DNA from: an uncultured Chromatiales bacterium
GTDB lineage: Bacteria; Pseudomonadota; Gammaproteobacteria; Poriferisulfidales; Oxydemutatoraceae
Direction of reading: 5' to 3'
Assembly: GCA_964347615.1 (NCBI GenBank)
Contig: CAYFZO010000005.1
Span: 34,282 to 98,281, forward strand
DNA: 64,000 nt
Position numbers and translations under genes: made by a program. Below the pieces are notes generated by a model. That model did not search any database and was not told the origin of the DNA. It saw nothing but the letters and a program-made list of their open reading frames with translations. The stretch's first letter is position 1; the number at the start of each line of letters is the position of its first letter. Of this stretch, positions 48,734 through 58,560 are shown piece after piece.

Positions 48734-49237
48734 TCAGGCCAGCTCCTTTATCGCCTTTTCTGCCACATCAAACAAAGCCTCTACCTTTTTATTATCGTTC
48801 TCAATATCCATAGACCGTCTTACGATTCTTACAACAGTAAAAATTGAGAAGACTAAAGTTACAACGCTTACGGAAAGCAAAAATCTTGTTCCCCAGATTA
48901 CGAATGGAAAAGAAAACAGTATTCCGAGATGAGCTAATAATGCGAAACTAATAATGACAAGAAGAAATCCGCTAATGATCATGCTCCGATTCTTGTCTTC
49001 TGAAGAATAAGTCTCCATTCTATCCACTGCCTTAGAAAAATCGGCATAACAAACTTCCTCCAACATCCTCTCTCCGCCGGGCAGGCGTCTGAGCTTCTCC
49101 TCGAGCCGAGCGAAATTTTGCCTTTGATTTTCTAGGCTAATATTTATGGGGGCCTGAACCTGCCGAATAGCCAGTAATACAAACGAAGACGCGATAATGA
49201 CAGCGTTTAGCGCATTGCTTGCCAGTGAATCCACCAC
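48734..49237 (-). CDS. Hypothetical small membrane protein (167 aa, 2-3 TM helices) in an AT-rich island.
   Basis: The hydrophobic segments are ALNAVIIASSFVLLAI, IISGFLLVIISFALLAHLGILFSFPFVIW and LLSVSVVTLVFSIFTVV. Its GC is much lower than the core. Confidence 0.45.
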   Translation of the reverse strand: MVDSLASNALNAVIIASSFVLLAIRQVQAPINISLENQRQNFARLEEKLRRLPGGERMLEEVCYADFSKAVDRMETYSSEDKNRSMIISGFLLVIISFALLAHLGILFSFPFVIWGTRFLLSVSVVTLVFSIFTVVRIVRRSMDIENDNKKVEALFDVAEKAIKELA

Positions 49238-49361
49238 TTATTCCTACATTAAAGGTCAGCAAGAAGCTTACTGCGAACTGCTTAAAAGCACAGGGACTTG
49301 ACGCCCTAAACGCAAACCGAAAAGCTCAGCAACTACGGTTTTAAGCGAAACAGAACTAGCT

Positions 49362-49901
49362 CTAATTTCCGCTTGCGGTTTGTTGCGCTTGAAATTTCTC
49401 TGGGAACAACCGGTGCTTTGCGCCTGTCAGCATTTCTCCTAGAATGGGATCGTTAAAACAAGCAATTGCTTCTTTTGTTACATCGTCTTTTTCAAGACGG
49501 TACCTCTTGTCTCCGACCAAGATGAAATGAGGATAGCCTGCATAAAACTCGGATTTGACGCCTATCTTTAATTTTCCGTTATCGGACTCATCCACCGCTT
49601 TAGCAAAATCGTTGCCCTTCATATCTTCGTCGTTGGAAACCGCGACCAAAACTTCAGTTTTCTCCAATGCACTTTTGACACTATCCACCAGCTGGTTGTA
49701 AAAATCCTTATTGAGGGTTCCGCTATATATACAGACTTGCTCCTTTTTGTCTTCCGCAATCTTCAGCAAGTTGTCGAAAAGAATTTTTGCATGAGGGCGA
49801 GACAGGTTCGTTAATACATTTTCGCTCTCTTTCTTGCGATATTTCTCAACTATTTTTTCATATTTAGATTTAGTTTTCATTTTTGGTACTCTCATTATCA
49901 A
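49362..49901 (-). CDS. Hypothetical protein (179 aa) in an AT-rich island.
   Basis: MKTKSKYEKIVEKYRKKESEN...VCIYSGTLNKDFYNQLVDSVKSALEKTEVLVAVSNDEDMKGNDFAKAV... No family recognised by eye. It is lysine-rich and low GC. Confidence 0.5.
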   Translation of the reverse strand: MIMRVPKMKTKSKYEKIVEKYRKKESENVLTNLSRPHAKILFDNLLKIAEDKKEQVCIYSGTLNKDFYNQLVDSVKSALEKTEVLVAVSNDEDMKGNDFAKAVDESDNGKLKIGVKSEFYAGYPHFILVGDKRYRLEKDDVTKEAIACFNDPILGEMLTGAKHRLFPEKFQAQQTASGN

Positions 49902-50211
49902 CTTCGTCCAGCACCACGTTTTCAGGGTGCGAACACGTACGCCCCGAAGAACAAAATCGGGGGCGTGTTAAAAAATCAAACTGTTTTCCCTGGAAGCCAT
50001 TTCTGCCCCCACATCAGAAATGGGGGTAGGCAAGTGTATTACAGACGCACAAAAGCTATCAACAATTATCCTTTCCCCAAATGGAAAGCCTAGTTTCAAT
50101 GAAAAAACTAGATTGTTCTTGAATCAGCCAAGCTTCCCAGTAACACATTGATAGAAAAGAAAATCGGTGTCGCCGAAACAGGCTTCTCAAAGCCACCCGC
50201 TTCACCCCCAA

Positions 50212-51291
50212 TCAACCATCCGCCGAAAACAAGTCAAACAGCAGACGGTTGATGTAGTAATTGCTGCGTCCGATTTTCGCTTTCTCCAGGAACCCCTTCT
50301 CGACCAGCTGTTCCAGATACTTGGTCGCGGTGATGTAAGTAACGCCTAAATCCTCACTGACGAATCCTCTCTTGGTATAGACGTGCTTGAACAGGTTGTT
50401 GAGCAGGTCCTGGCTGTAAATATTCGGCAGCTCCCTGCGGATGCGGTGTTTGTATTCCTGCATCAGCGTTTTAATTTTTCCGATTAAAGAGATGGTGAAA
50501 CCGGCGGTCTGTTCAACGCCGTCAAGCATGTACAGCAGCCACGGTTCCCACTCTCCGCTCGTCCGCACGTCTTGCAGCTGGCGGTAATACTCCTGTTTGT
50601 CCCGAATGATGTAACGGCTGAGATAAAGCACGGGCAAGTCGAGCAAGCCTTTGAAAACGAGGTACAGAACGTTCAGGATGCGACCGGTGCGGCCGTTGCC
50701 GTCGTAGAAAGGGTGGATGCTCTCGAAGCGATGATGAATCAACGCCATCTTCACCAACGGGTCGGTGTCGGAGTCGTCGGTGTTGATGTAATCAACCAAC
50801 TCGGCCATCAGTCGCTCGACTTCCCGCGCATCCTGCGGCGGGGTGTAAATCACTTCGTCGGTTTGGACGTTCTTGATGACGGTGCCGGGCAATTTACGCA
50901 AGCCCGCGTCGTTCTTTTCCAGCACCTGCTGAAGCGACAAAATGTCCCCAAGTCGAATAATCCGGTTTTCTCGGACCGACTCAAAACCCTGTTGCAGGGC
51001 ATCGGCGTAGTCACGCACTTCCTTAGCCGCGGGACCGACGCTTACTTTGGGAGAAACTCCCGCTTTGTACAACTCGTCGTAAGTCGTCACGATGTTCTCC
51101 ACGGCCGAGCTGTCTTTCGCTTCCTGCAACGTCAGCGTGCTGATGAGTATGGCTTCGTTGGGAATGGTCGCCGTGGCGCCTTTCAGCTCGGCCAAACAAC
51201 GGGAGGCCGAAACGACTTTTCTCAATACGGCATTGCTCTCCAAGCCGGCGGCAGACGACAAGGGGGCAAGAAGTAGAGGGTCGGTCAACAT
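50212..51291 (-). CDS. fic: Fic/DOC-family (AMPylation-fold) protein with a C-terminal winged-helix domain.
   Basis: The Fic core motif is HPFYDGNGRTGR (HxFx(D/E)GNGRxxR). The length and layout are typical of Fic family proteins, and the C-terminal wHTH region is ...VSEDLGVTYITATKYLEQLVEKGFL. Confidence 0.85.
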   Translation of the reverse strand: MLTDPLLLAPLSSAAGLESNAVLRKVVSASRCLAELKGATATIPNEAILISTLTLQEAKDSSAVENIVTTYDELYKAGVSPKVSVGPAAKEVRDYADALQQGFESVRENRIIRLGDILSLQQVLEKNDAGLRKLPGTVIKNVQTDEVIYTPPQDAREVERLMAELVDYINTDDSDTDPLVKMALIHHRFESIHPFYDGNGRTGRILNVLYLVFKGLLDLPVLYLSRYIIRDKQEYYRQLQDVRTSGEWEPWLLYMLDGVEQTAGFTISLIGKIKTLMQEYKHRIRRELPNIYSQDLLNNLFKHVYTKRGFVSEDLGVTYITATKYLEQLVEKGFLEKAKIGRSNYYINRLLFDLFSADG

Positions 51292-51294
51292 GGC

Positions 51295-51560
51295 AGGCTA
51301 TTATATAGAAAATGCTGATTTCTATATAATAGAAAGACGACCTCTATAGATTTATCCCGTTTCTATATATATCTTTAGTCACAATAGATAGCCGTATTAT
51401 ATAAAAAACCCCAATTTCTATATAATAGAAAGACGACCTCTATAGATTTATCCCATTTCTATATATATCTTTGGTTACATAGATAGCCGTATTATATAGA
51501 AAATCCCGATTTCTATATAATAAAAAGCCGACCTCTATAGATTTCTCAGTTTTCTATGCA
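51295..51560. repeat. Three tandem ~95-bp AT-rich direct repeats containing the near-palindromic core TTTCTATATAATAGAAA, upstream of fic.
   Basis: ATTTCTATATAATAGAAAGACGACCTCTATAGATTTATCCC(G/A)TTTCTATATATATCTTT... recurs with a period of about 95 bp (starting near 51316, 51412 and 51508). Confidence 0.8.
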
Positions 51561-51635
51561 ATAGGAGACCGGCACCCCGCCCGCAGGGCAAGGACGCCAC
51601 GTCGCTTCGCCTGAAGCCTCCCGGCCCCTAAAAAC

Positions 51636-51944
51636 CTACCGCCAATAATCGTTGGCGATTGCGATGGTCTTGAATTCCCTCGCGACGAGTTCCGCCGCTT
51701 CCATCAGCAGCGCGGGGTCGTCCTCATACTCCTTGCGAACCTTCATCTTGATTTCGGGGCTGCGTTGAATCGCGCCGATGGTTTTCCTCACGATCTTGAT
51801 CGCAAGCATCCGCCCTTCCAGCGGCGTCTTCGTGATGAGGCTCGGCATGTAGTCCTCGCTTTTCTGCTCCTGCGCCACAGCGACCTGAGTGGACGCGGCG
51901 GCCACGACGGCGGCAAGCACCAGCAGTTTCAATGTCTTGTTCAT
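51636..51944 (-). CDS. Hypothetical secreted/periplasmic protein (102 aa, Sec signal peptide).
   Basis: MNKTLKLLVLAAVVAAASTQVAVAQEQ... It has core-like GC. The start is taken at the ATG at 51944. Confidence 0.5.
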   Translation of the reverse strand: MNKTLKLLVLAAVVAAASTQVAVAQEQKSEDYMPSLITKTPLEGRMLAIKIVRKTIGAIQRSPEIKMKVRKEYEDDPALLMEAAELVAREFKTIAIANDYWR

Positions 51945-52090
51945 GGCGTTCCTCCGGTTATCCGTGAAAATGAACGCACCGAGCATATCAAAAGCAAATC
52001 ACGCTCGGCGGGTGCTCGCAACCGTTCGGTCACCAAACCTCTCCCCCCCACTTGAGACAACCCCCGCCGGGCGGCTAACATGCTGCACCA

Positions 52091-54160
52091 ATGCTTCCCA
52101 TCACCGAACTTCGCGGCGTCGGCGACGCGGTTGCCGAGAAACTCGAGCGCCTCGGCATCCATCACGTCGAGGACTTGCTGTTCCACCTGCCGCTGCGCTA
52201 CCAAGACCGCACCCGCGTCCATCCGATCAACACCTTGAGTCCCGGCCAGGAGGTGTTGGTCGAGGGTGCAATCCAGCAGACCCGCGTCGTCTATGCGCGC
52301 CGACGCATGATGCTGGTCGCCATCGCCGACGGCACGGGCACGTTGACGCTGCGCTTCTTCCATTTCTCGACGGCGCAGCAGAACAGCCTGCGCAAGGGCG
52401 TACGTATCTGCTGCTTCGGCGAAGTCCGCAGGAGCCAGTCGCAGCTCGAAATGATTCATCCTGAGTACCAGTTCGTCAGCGCGCACGGCAACGCGCATCT
52501 GGACAGGGGCTACACGCCGATCTACCCGGCCACCGAGGGGCTAAGCCAGTTCAGCCTGCGCAAGTTCACCGGCGAAGCGCTGGCGTGGTTGTCGTCGCCC
52601 GACAACAACCTCGAGGAATTGCTGCCGCCGGCGGTGCTCGCCGAGGAGGGGGCGGTCTCGCTGCAGGACGCGATCCGTTACGTCCATCGCCCGCCCGCCG
52701 ACGCCGACGTCGAGTTGCTGCAGACCGGCGAGCACCCGATGCAGAAACGGCTGGCGTTCGAGGAGATGCTGTCGCATTCGTTGAGCCTCAAGCGGATGCG
52801 CGCCGACACCAAGCGTCAACGCGCGCGGGCGTTGAAAACCGAAGGCAAGTTGCTGGCTCAGCTGAAGGAGCGTCTGCCGTTCGAGCTGACCGCGGCGCAA
52901 CGCAAGGTCATAGAAGACGTTCGCGCCGACGTGCGCGAGGCGGCGCCGATGATGCGTCTGGTGCAGGGCGACGTCGGTTCGGGCAAGACCTTGGTCGGCG
53001 TGGCGGCGATGCTTGAAGCGGTCGAGGCGGGTTGTCAGGCGGCGATGATGGCACCGACCGAAATCCTCGCCGATCAGCATTACCGCAACCTCAAGGAGTG
53101 GTTCGGCCCGTTCGAAATCGGCATCGGCGCAATCCTCGGCAAGCAGAAAGTACGCGAGCACCGCAACGCGTTGCGCCAAGCACGCACCGGCGAGATAGAC
53201 ATCGTGGTCGGCACCCACGCCTTGTTTCAGGAGAAGGTCGAGTTCGCCCGCCTCGCGTTGATCGTCGTGGACGAGCAGCACCGCTTCGGCGTGCACCAGC
53301 GCCTCGCGCTCAAGCAAAAAGGCGAGAACGGCGACCTCCAGCCGCATCAGCTCATCATGACCGCCACGCCGATCCCGCGCAGCCTTGCGATGACGATGTA
53401 CGCCGACCTCGACTACTCGGTGATCGACGAGATGCCTCCCGGGCGACTGCCGGTCAAGACTTTCGCCCTGGCCGACACCCGCCGCAACGAGCTCATCGAG
53501 CGGGTGCGCAAGACCTGCGCCGAAGACGGGCAAACCTACTGGGTCTGCCCGTTGATCGAGAAGTCCGAAACGCTGAACTACGAGACCGCCGAAGCGACCT
53601 ACGACCGGCTCAAGCGCGCGATGCCCGAAATCAAGATTCAACTCATCCACGGACGGATGAAACCCGAGGAGAAAGAGGAGGCGATCGCCTTGTTCAAGCA
53701 GGGGGGAATTCAGCTGCTGGTCGCAACCACCGTGATCGAGGTCGGCGTGGACGTCCCCGACGCAAACCTGATCGTGATCGAGAACGCCGAACGCTTCGGG
53801 CTTGCTCAGCTGCACCAGTTGCGCGGACGGGTCGGGCGCAGCGGCAAGCAGGCGATGTGCGCGCTGCTTTACCATCCGCCGTTGTCGGGCACCGCGCGGC
53901 GCCGCCTTAACGTGATGCGCGAGACCAACGACGGCTTTGAGATCGCGCGCGAGGACATGAAGATCCGCGGGCCCGGCGAAATCCTCGGTACACGTCAGAC
54001 CGGCGAGATGCAATTCCGCATCGCCGATCTCACGCGCGACGCGAAGCAGCTTGAGCGGGTGCTCAAGACTTCCGAGCGGATGCTCGAAGCGCACCCGGAA
54101 GTCTGCGGCAAGTTGATTCGCCGCTGGCTCGGCGAGGCGGCGCGCTACGCCGAGGTGTGA
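52091..54160 (+). CDS. recG: ATP-dependent DNA helicase RecG.
   Basis: A wedge domain is followed by helicase motifs: Walker A GDVGSGKT, DEQHRFG and QLRGRVGRS. Confidence 0.95.
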   Translation: MLPITELRGVGDAVAEKLERLGIHHVEDLLFHLPLRYQDRTRVHPINTLSPGQEVLVEGAIQQTRVVYARRRMMLVAIADGTGTLTLRFFHFSTAQQNSLRKGVRICCFGEVRRSQSQLEMIHPEYQFVSAHGNAHLDRGYTPIYPATEGLSQFSLRKFTGEALAWLSSPDNNLEELLPPAVLAEEGAVSLQDAIRYVHRPPADADVELLQTGEHPMQKRLAFEEMLSHSLSLKRMRADTKRQRARALKTEGKLLAQLKERLPFELTAAQRKVIEDVRADVREAAPMMRLVQGDVGSGKTLVGVAAMLEAVEAGCQAAMMAPTEILADQHYRNLKEWFGPFEIGIGAILGKQKVREHRNALRQARTGEIDIVVGTHALFQEKVEFARLALIVVDEQHRFGVHQRLALKQKGENGDLQPHQLIMTATPIPRSLAMTMYADLDYSVIDEMPPGRLPVKTFALADTRRNELIERVRKTCAEDGQTYWVCPLIEKSETLNYETAEATYDRLKRAMPEIKIQLIHGRMKPEEKEEAIALFKQGGIQLLVATTVIEVGVDVPDANLIVIENAERFGLAQLHQLRGRVGRSGKQAMCALLYHPPLSGTARRRLNVMRETNDGFEIAREDMKIRGPGEILGTRQTGEMQFRIADLTRDAKQLERVLKTSERMLEAHPEVCGKLIRRWLGEAARYAEV

Positions 54161-54212
54161 AACGGGCCACCACCGGGGCGGCTGACGGCGAGGCAGTTAA
54201 GGGAAAGCGCAA

Positions 54213-54494
54213 TCAGGCGAACGTGCCGATCGCCATCGTAGTCAGAAAGACGACAAGCAACAGCGCCATCGCGACGACGCTGATGACGGCCACCGGGGAT
54301 TTATCCTTGCTGAACAACCACCAGCCGCCTGCCGCGCAGCCCGCGACGGTGACCGAGAACACGACCCAGTAAAGCGTCCACACGCAATCGCTTTGGCAGG
54401 CGCGCGTCTCGAAAGTGCCGCCGAGCAGTTGCGACACCAGCGCGACGGTCAAGCCCCAAGCCACGATGGTCCACAGAGGAAGAACTATGCGCAT
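54213..54494 (-). CDS. Hypothetical small membrane protein (93 aa, 3 TM helices).
   Basis: IVLPLWTIVAWGLTVALV..., VVFSVTVAGCAAGGWWLF and VISVVAMALLLVVFLTTMAIG. Confidence 0.4.
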   Translation of the reverse strand: MRIVLPLWTIVAWGLTVALVSQLLGGTFETRACQSDCVWTLYWVVFSVTVAGCAAGGWWLFSKDKSPVAVISVVAMALLLVVFLTTMAIGTFA

Positions 54495-54608
54495 TGTCGT
54501 TGAGATTGGATTCGTGGGGATTCCGTCCGTCGGCGTGAATGATACAGCTCAAATTGTATCGTGTCCCGGTTGCGACGGTGCGTGGTGCTCTCATGTAGAA
54601 TGTCGCCC

Positions 54609-55049
54609 ATGCGCGCAGAAACTTCCATCCACGGCCTCTTGTTCGAGTCCGCCACGGACGCCCAGCAGGCGTTCTACGACGCGTTCCAGCGCTGCGACGT
54701 CGATGACATGATGGCGGTGTGGGCCGACGACGAGAGCATCTTGTGCATCCACCCGGGCGGCCCGAGGCTTTACGGCCCCGACGCGGTGCGTGAAAGCTGG
54801 GAGCAAATCTTCAGGGAGTCGCAGGGCTGGGACTTTCGCTTGAGCAACGGCCAATGCGTCGAGGACGAGTTGCTGTCAATCCATCAGGTTCAGGAAAACA
54901 TCTACAGCCAAGGGCGGCTTCAAGGCATCGTGATTGCAACCAACGTGTTCCACAGCACCAACCAAGGGTGGCGGATGGCGATACACCACGCGTCACCCGC
55001 GCCCGAAACGGCCGAAAGCTCGCTGGTCTTCGGCCGCAGCCTTCATTAG
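54609..55049 (+). CDS. NTF2-like/SnoaL-like (DUF4440-type) protein.
   Basis: ...DAQQAFYDAFQRCDVDDMMAVWADDESILCIHPGGPRLYGPDAVRESW... follows the ketosteroid-isomerase-like fold pattern. The start is taken at the ATG at 54609. Confidence 0.5.
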   Translation: MRAETSIHGLLFESATDAQQAFYDAFQRCDVDDMMAVWADDESILCIHPGGPRLYGPDAVRESWEQIFRESQGWDFRLSNGQCVEDELLSIHQVQENIYSQGRLQGIVIATNVFHSTNQGWRMAIHHASPAPETAESSLVFGRSLH

Positions 55050-55089
55050 AAAGCTTTCGCTGGCGAAAGCTTTCCAAAGGCCACCCGGC

Positions 55090-56772
55090 TCACAAGTAAT
55101 ACAGCAGCAAGAACAGCGCGAGCAACGCGGTCAACCAGCCCACCGTCAGGCCGGTCTGCAACACCTTGACCGGCGCGTCGGCGGGGCGCGTCCAGCGCGC
55201 AAGCCCGGATTTCACCTGCTTCAACCGCGCGCCGAGCGGGGACAGCAGGCGTTCGTCGAACCCGCGGTCGCGCCACAACAGGCGGTAAAGACGCAGCCCA
55301 GGCTTGCGGTAGAACCAGTCGAAGTCGAGGCTGATGGTGCGTGTGCGCTCAAGCCACGGCAGCAGCAAAAAGAACGCGGCGCCTGAAAACAGCAGCAGTT
55401 GCAACTTTCCGACCACGTGGTCAAGCGTGTACGGCGCATAGTCGACGGGCCACGGCAGCAGCTGATACAGCAGCTGAGGGAACGCGCCGATGAGCACACA
55501 CGCCGCCGAAAAGACAATCATCGCAAGACGCATGTTCAGCGGCGGATCGGCGGCGCGCAACCCGGAGTCGCGGTGAAAGAACACGAACCACGGAAACTTC
55601 ACGCCCGCGTGGAGGAACACGCCCGCCGACGCCATCAGCAATGCGCCCCAAAGCCACGGCAGATGCTGCTCCAACGCGCCGGCTGAGATCATCGGCTTGG
55701 AAATGAAACCTGAGGTCAACGGAAAGCCCGAAATCGCCAGCGCGCCGACGATGGCACACACGGTGGTCAGGCGCATGCTGCGGTAAAGCCCGCCGAGGCC
55801 GGTACATTCCCTGCGCCCGGTCATCAGCAGAACGCTGCCCGCCGACATCATCAGCAGGGCCTTATAGATAATGTGTGCGAAAGCGTGCGCCGCGGCGCCG
55901 TTGAGCGAGAGCGAGGTGCCGACGCCGACGCCGACAACCATGAAGCCGACCTGATTGACGATGCTGTACGCGAGAATCCTGCGCATGTCGTTCTCGTTCA
56001 ACGCGTAGATGATTCCGTAAAAAACCATGTACAGCCCGACCGGCACCAGCACGGGCTCGCCCGGAAACGTCGCAAGCAGGACGAACACCGCGGTCTTGGT
56101 CGTGAACACCGACAGGTATACCGTGCCGGCGGGGCTTGCTTCGGGATACGCGTCGGCGACCCACGCGGAAAACGGCGGTGCGCCGACGTTGAGCAGCACG
56201 CCGGCGAGAATCATCCAGGTGTAGACGTCGTGTGCACGCAGCGTACGCAACGAGACGTCGCCGGTGTCAACGGCCAGACCGAGAATGCCGCACAGTAAAA
56301 TCATCCCGCCGAACACGTGCAGCACCAAGTATCTGAATCCGGCGGCTCTGGCGGTCTCGGTGGCGCCGGCGAGGATAACCGCGGTCGAAGCGATTGCCAT
56401 CATTTCCCAGAACACGAACAGGCTGAGGAAGTCGCCGCACAACACCGCGCAAACCGCGCCGCCCCCGTAAACCGACGCGCTCGCAAGCTCAAACGGACGC
56501 GACTGACGCAACGCGAACAAGTGGCCGATAAGCAACGCGATGATGAACACGGTGGCGAACATCCGCCCCAACGCAGTGGGCTGAAACGGTCGTGCTTCAA
56601 AGCTGAGGAACTCGATTGCTGCACTTTCACCGGGCGCGGCGACCCAGACCAGCGCCAAAGCCAGCACCGGCGGCACAAACAGCAGCAACGTGCGTACGCC
56701 GCTACGCACCAACGGAACGAACAATGCGGCGACGACAATCAGCAGGCCGGGCGTCAGCGAGGTTTCAATCAC
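55090..56772 (-). CDS. NuoL/M/N-family proton-translocating antiporter-like subunit (MrpD/MrpA-like), copy 3.
   Basis: 560 aa with about 14 TM helices and the conserved motifs of complex I antiporter-like subunits (...WVADAYPEASPAGTVYLS...). Confidence 0.8.
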   Translation of the reverse strand: MIETSLTPGLLIVVAALFVPLVRSGVRTLLLFVPPVLALALVWVAAPGESAAIEFLSFEARPFQPTALGRMFATVFIIALLIGHLFALRQSRPFELASASVYGGGAVCAVLCGDFLSLFVFWEMMAIASTAVILAGATETARAAGFRYLVLHVFGGMILLCGILGLAVDTGDVSLRTLRAHDVYTWMILAGVLLNVGAPPFSAWVADAYPEASPAGTVYLSVFTTKTAVFVLLATFPGEPVLVPVGLYMVFYGIIYALNENDMRRILAYSIVNQVGFMVVGVGVGTSLSLNGAAAHAFAHIIYKALLMMSAGSVLLMTGRRECTGLGGLYRSMRLTTVCAIVGALAISGFPLTSGFISKPMISAGALEQHLPWLWGALLMASAGVFLHAGVKFPWFVFFHRDSGLRAADPPLNMRLAMIVFSAACVLIGAFPQLLYQLLPWPVDYAPYTLDHVVGKLQLLLFSGAAFFLLLPWLERTRTISLDFDWFYRKPGLRLYRLLWRDRGFDERLLSPLGARLKQVKSGLARWTRPADAPVKVLQTGLTVGWLTALLALFLLLYYL

Positions 56773-56992
56773 GACGGCGACTCTCGTAGTAATCGTCCCG
56801 GCGTTTCAATACGCGCCCGACCAGCAACGCGACGACAATCAGCAGCAGGCACGCGGCGAAACCGAACCACGCGTAAAACCCGAACCAGCCGGCAATCGCC
56901 ACGTGCGGATGGCGCTCGATCAAAGACTCCCACGCCAGCAGCGTCATCAACAGCACCGCGCCGAGCAACCAAGTCTGCAACCTGAACTTCAT
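56765..56992 (-). CDS. Small membrane protein (75 aa, 2 TM helices) within the Mrp-like cluster.
   Basis: MKFRLQTWLLGAVLLMTLLAWE...GFYAWFGFAACLLLIVVALLVG. It overlaps both neighbours. Confidence 0.4.
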   Translation of the reverse strand: MKFRLQTWLLGAVLLMTLLAWESLIERHPHVAIAGWFGFYAWFGFAACLLLIVVALLVGRVLKRRDDYYESRRRD

Positions 56993-58560
56993 CCTATTCC
57001 CTCGATCAGGCGCACCAGCGCGTTGGCGTAGAAAAACAACAGCACCACGGCGACGGCGGGCAACACCATCGCGACCACCATCGCCGCGGGTGCTTCACGG
57101 AACGTTTGCGCGGGCGCTTCCTCGGACGTGGTTTCGGCTTCCCCCCCGGCTGTTTCCCCAGCTTCACCCCCGGCCGTTTCCCCGGCTGCTTCCCCAACCG
57201 TTTTCTCGAGTGCTTCCGCCGGTGCCTTGCGCGAGGCGTCGCCGTTTCGAACGTAGGCGGCGTACACCACCGGGGCGAAATACCCGACGTTCAGAACCGT
57301 GCTCAACACCAGAACCCCGACCGCGAAGTAATGCTCGGCGCCGATCGCGCCCTCGAGCAAGAACCATTTGCTCGCAAAGCCGGCGAGCGGCGGCAGACCG
57401 ATCATCGAAAGGGCGGCGACGGTAAAGCAGGCCATCGTCCACGGCATCGAATAAGCGAGACCGCGACATTCGCTGACGCGCTGCTTGCCCGTGACACTCT
57501 GAATGGCGCCGGCGGCAAAGAACAGCGTGATCTTGCCGAAAGCGTGTGCGACGAGATGCAGCACCGCCCCGAAAAACGCGGGCTTGAACAGCGCGACGCC
57601 CAAGGTGACGTAGGACAGCTGGCTGACCGTCGAGTACGCGAGCCTTTTCTTCAGACTGTCCTGGCGCAACGCGATCAGCGACGCAATCACGACCGACGCG
57701 CCGGCGACGTACACCAGCCATCCGCTTGCAATCTCGCCCATGAACTCGAAGCCGAAGATATAGACGGCGACCTTGGCGATGGTGAACACGCCGGCTTTGA
57801 CCACCGCAACCGCGTGCAGCAACGCGCTGACCGGCGCAGGCGCGACCATCGCCTCGGGCAACCAACGGTGCAGCGGCATCAGCGCGGCCTTGGCCGAACC
57901 GAACACCAGCAGCAACAGCAGCCAACCCGCGTCGTCGCGCGCGACACAGCCGTGCAAGACGCCGCCCGACGTGAACTCCAAGGTGCCGCAGGCGAGGTAA
58001 ATCCAGACCATCGCCGGCAGGAACAGCAACACCGAAGAGCCGAGCAGGAACGCGAGATACACCCTCCCGGCGGTACGCGACTTGGCGTCGGCATAATGGG
58101 TAACCAGCGGATAAGTGCTGAGCGTCAGGACTTCATAGAACACCCACAAGGTCAGCAGATCGCCGGCGAAAGCGACGCCGAGCGCGCCGCCGACGGCGAG
58201 GCTGAAACAAGCGTAAAAGCGCGCTTGACGTTTGAGCGAACCGAGGTGGCAGTAAGCGAACGAATACAACATGCTGATCGGCCACAGCACCGCGACGACC
58301 GCCGCGAAAATCAGACCGAGCATCTCGAGCTCGAAACCGAGCGTGAGACCGGGAGCGATTTCCCCCAAGAACAATCGGACTTTCCCCCCGTCCGCACCGA
58401 AACGCGAAAGCAACAGCACGACACAAATCAGCACGACGAAAGGCGCACCGGTCACGATCAGTTGATACCACCCGGGGTTACGCCGGCCCGCCGCAATCAA
58501 AACCGCGCAGACAAAAGGCGTCGCCAGCGCAATCAGAAGCAGCGTTTCGTTGAGGTTCAC
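56989..58560 (-). CDS. NuoL/M/N-family antiporter-like subunit (MrpD-like), copy 2, with a C-terminal Glu/Ala/Gly/Thr repeat tail.
   Basis: The GTG start overlaps the upstream stop (GTGA). Motifs include ...WLPEAMVAPAPVSALLHAVAVVKAGV... The C-terminus is GEAAGETAGGEAGETAGGEAETTSEEAP, followed by a final hydrophobic helix. Confidence 0.8.
   Translation of the reverse strand: MNLNETLLLIALATPFVCAVLIAAGRRNPGWYQLIVTGAPFVVLICVVLLLSRFGADGGKVRLFLGEIAPGLTLGFELEMLGLIFAAVVAVLWPISMLYSFAYCHLGSLKRQARFYACFSLAVGGALGVAFAGDLLTLWVFYEVLTLSTYPLVTHYADAKSRTAGRVYLAFLLGSSVLLFLPAMVWIYLACGTLEFTSGGVLHGCVARDDAGWLLLLLVFGSAKAALMPLHRWLPEAMVAPAPVSALLHAVAVVKAGVFTIAKVAVYIFGFEFMGEIASGWLVYVAGASVVIASLIALRQDSLKKRLAYSTVSQLSYVTLGVALFKPAFFGAVLHLVAHAFGKITLFFAAGAIQSVTGKQRVSECRGLAYSMPWTMACFTVAALSMIGLPPLAGFASKWFLLEGAIGAEHYFAVGVLVLSTVLNVGYFAPVVYAAYVRNGDASRKAPAEALEKTVGEAAGETAGGEAGETAGGEAETTSEEAPAQTFREAPAAMVVAMVLPAVAVVLLFFYANALVRLIEGIG

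Noticed and set aside
52541-54094. 517-aa minus-strand ORF and 292-aa plus-strand ORF inside recG.
   Set aside because: These are shadow frames of recG. recG has all the helicase motifs.
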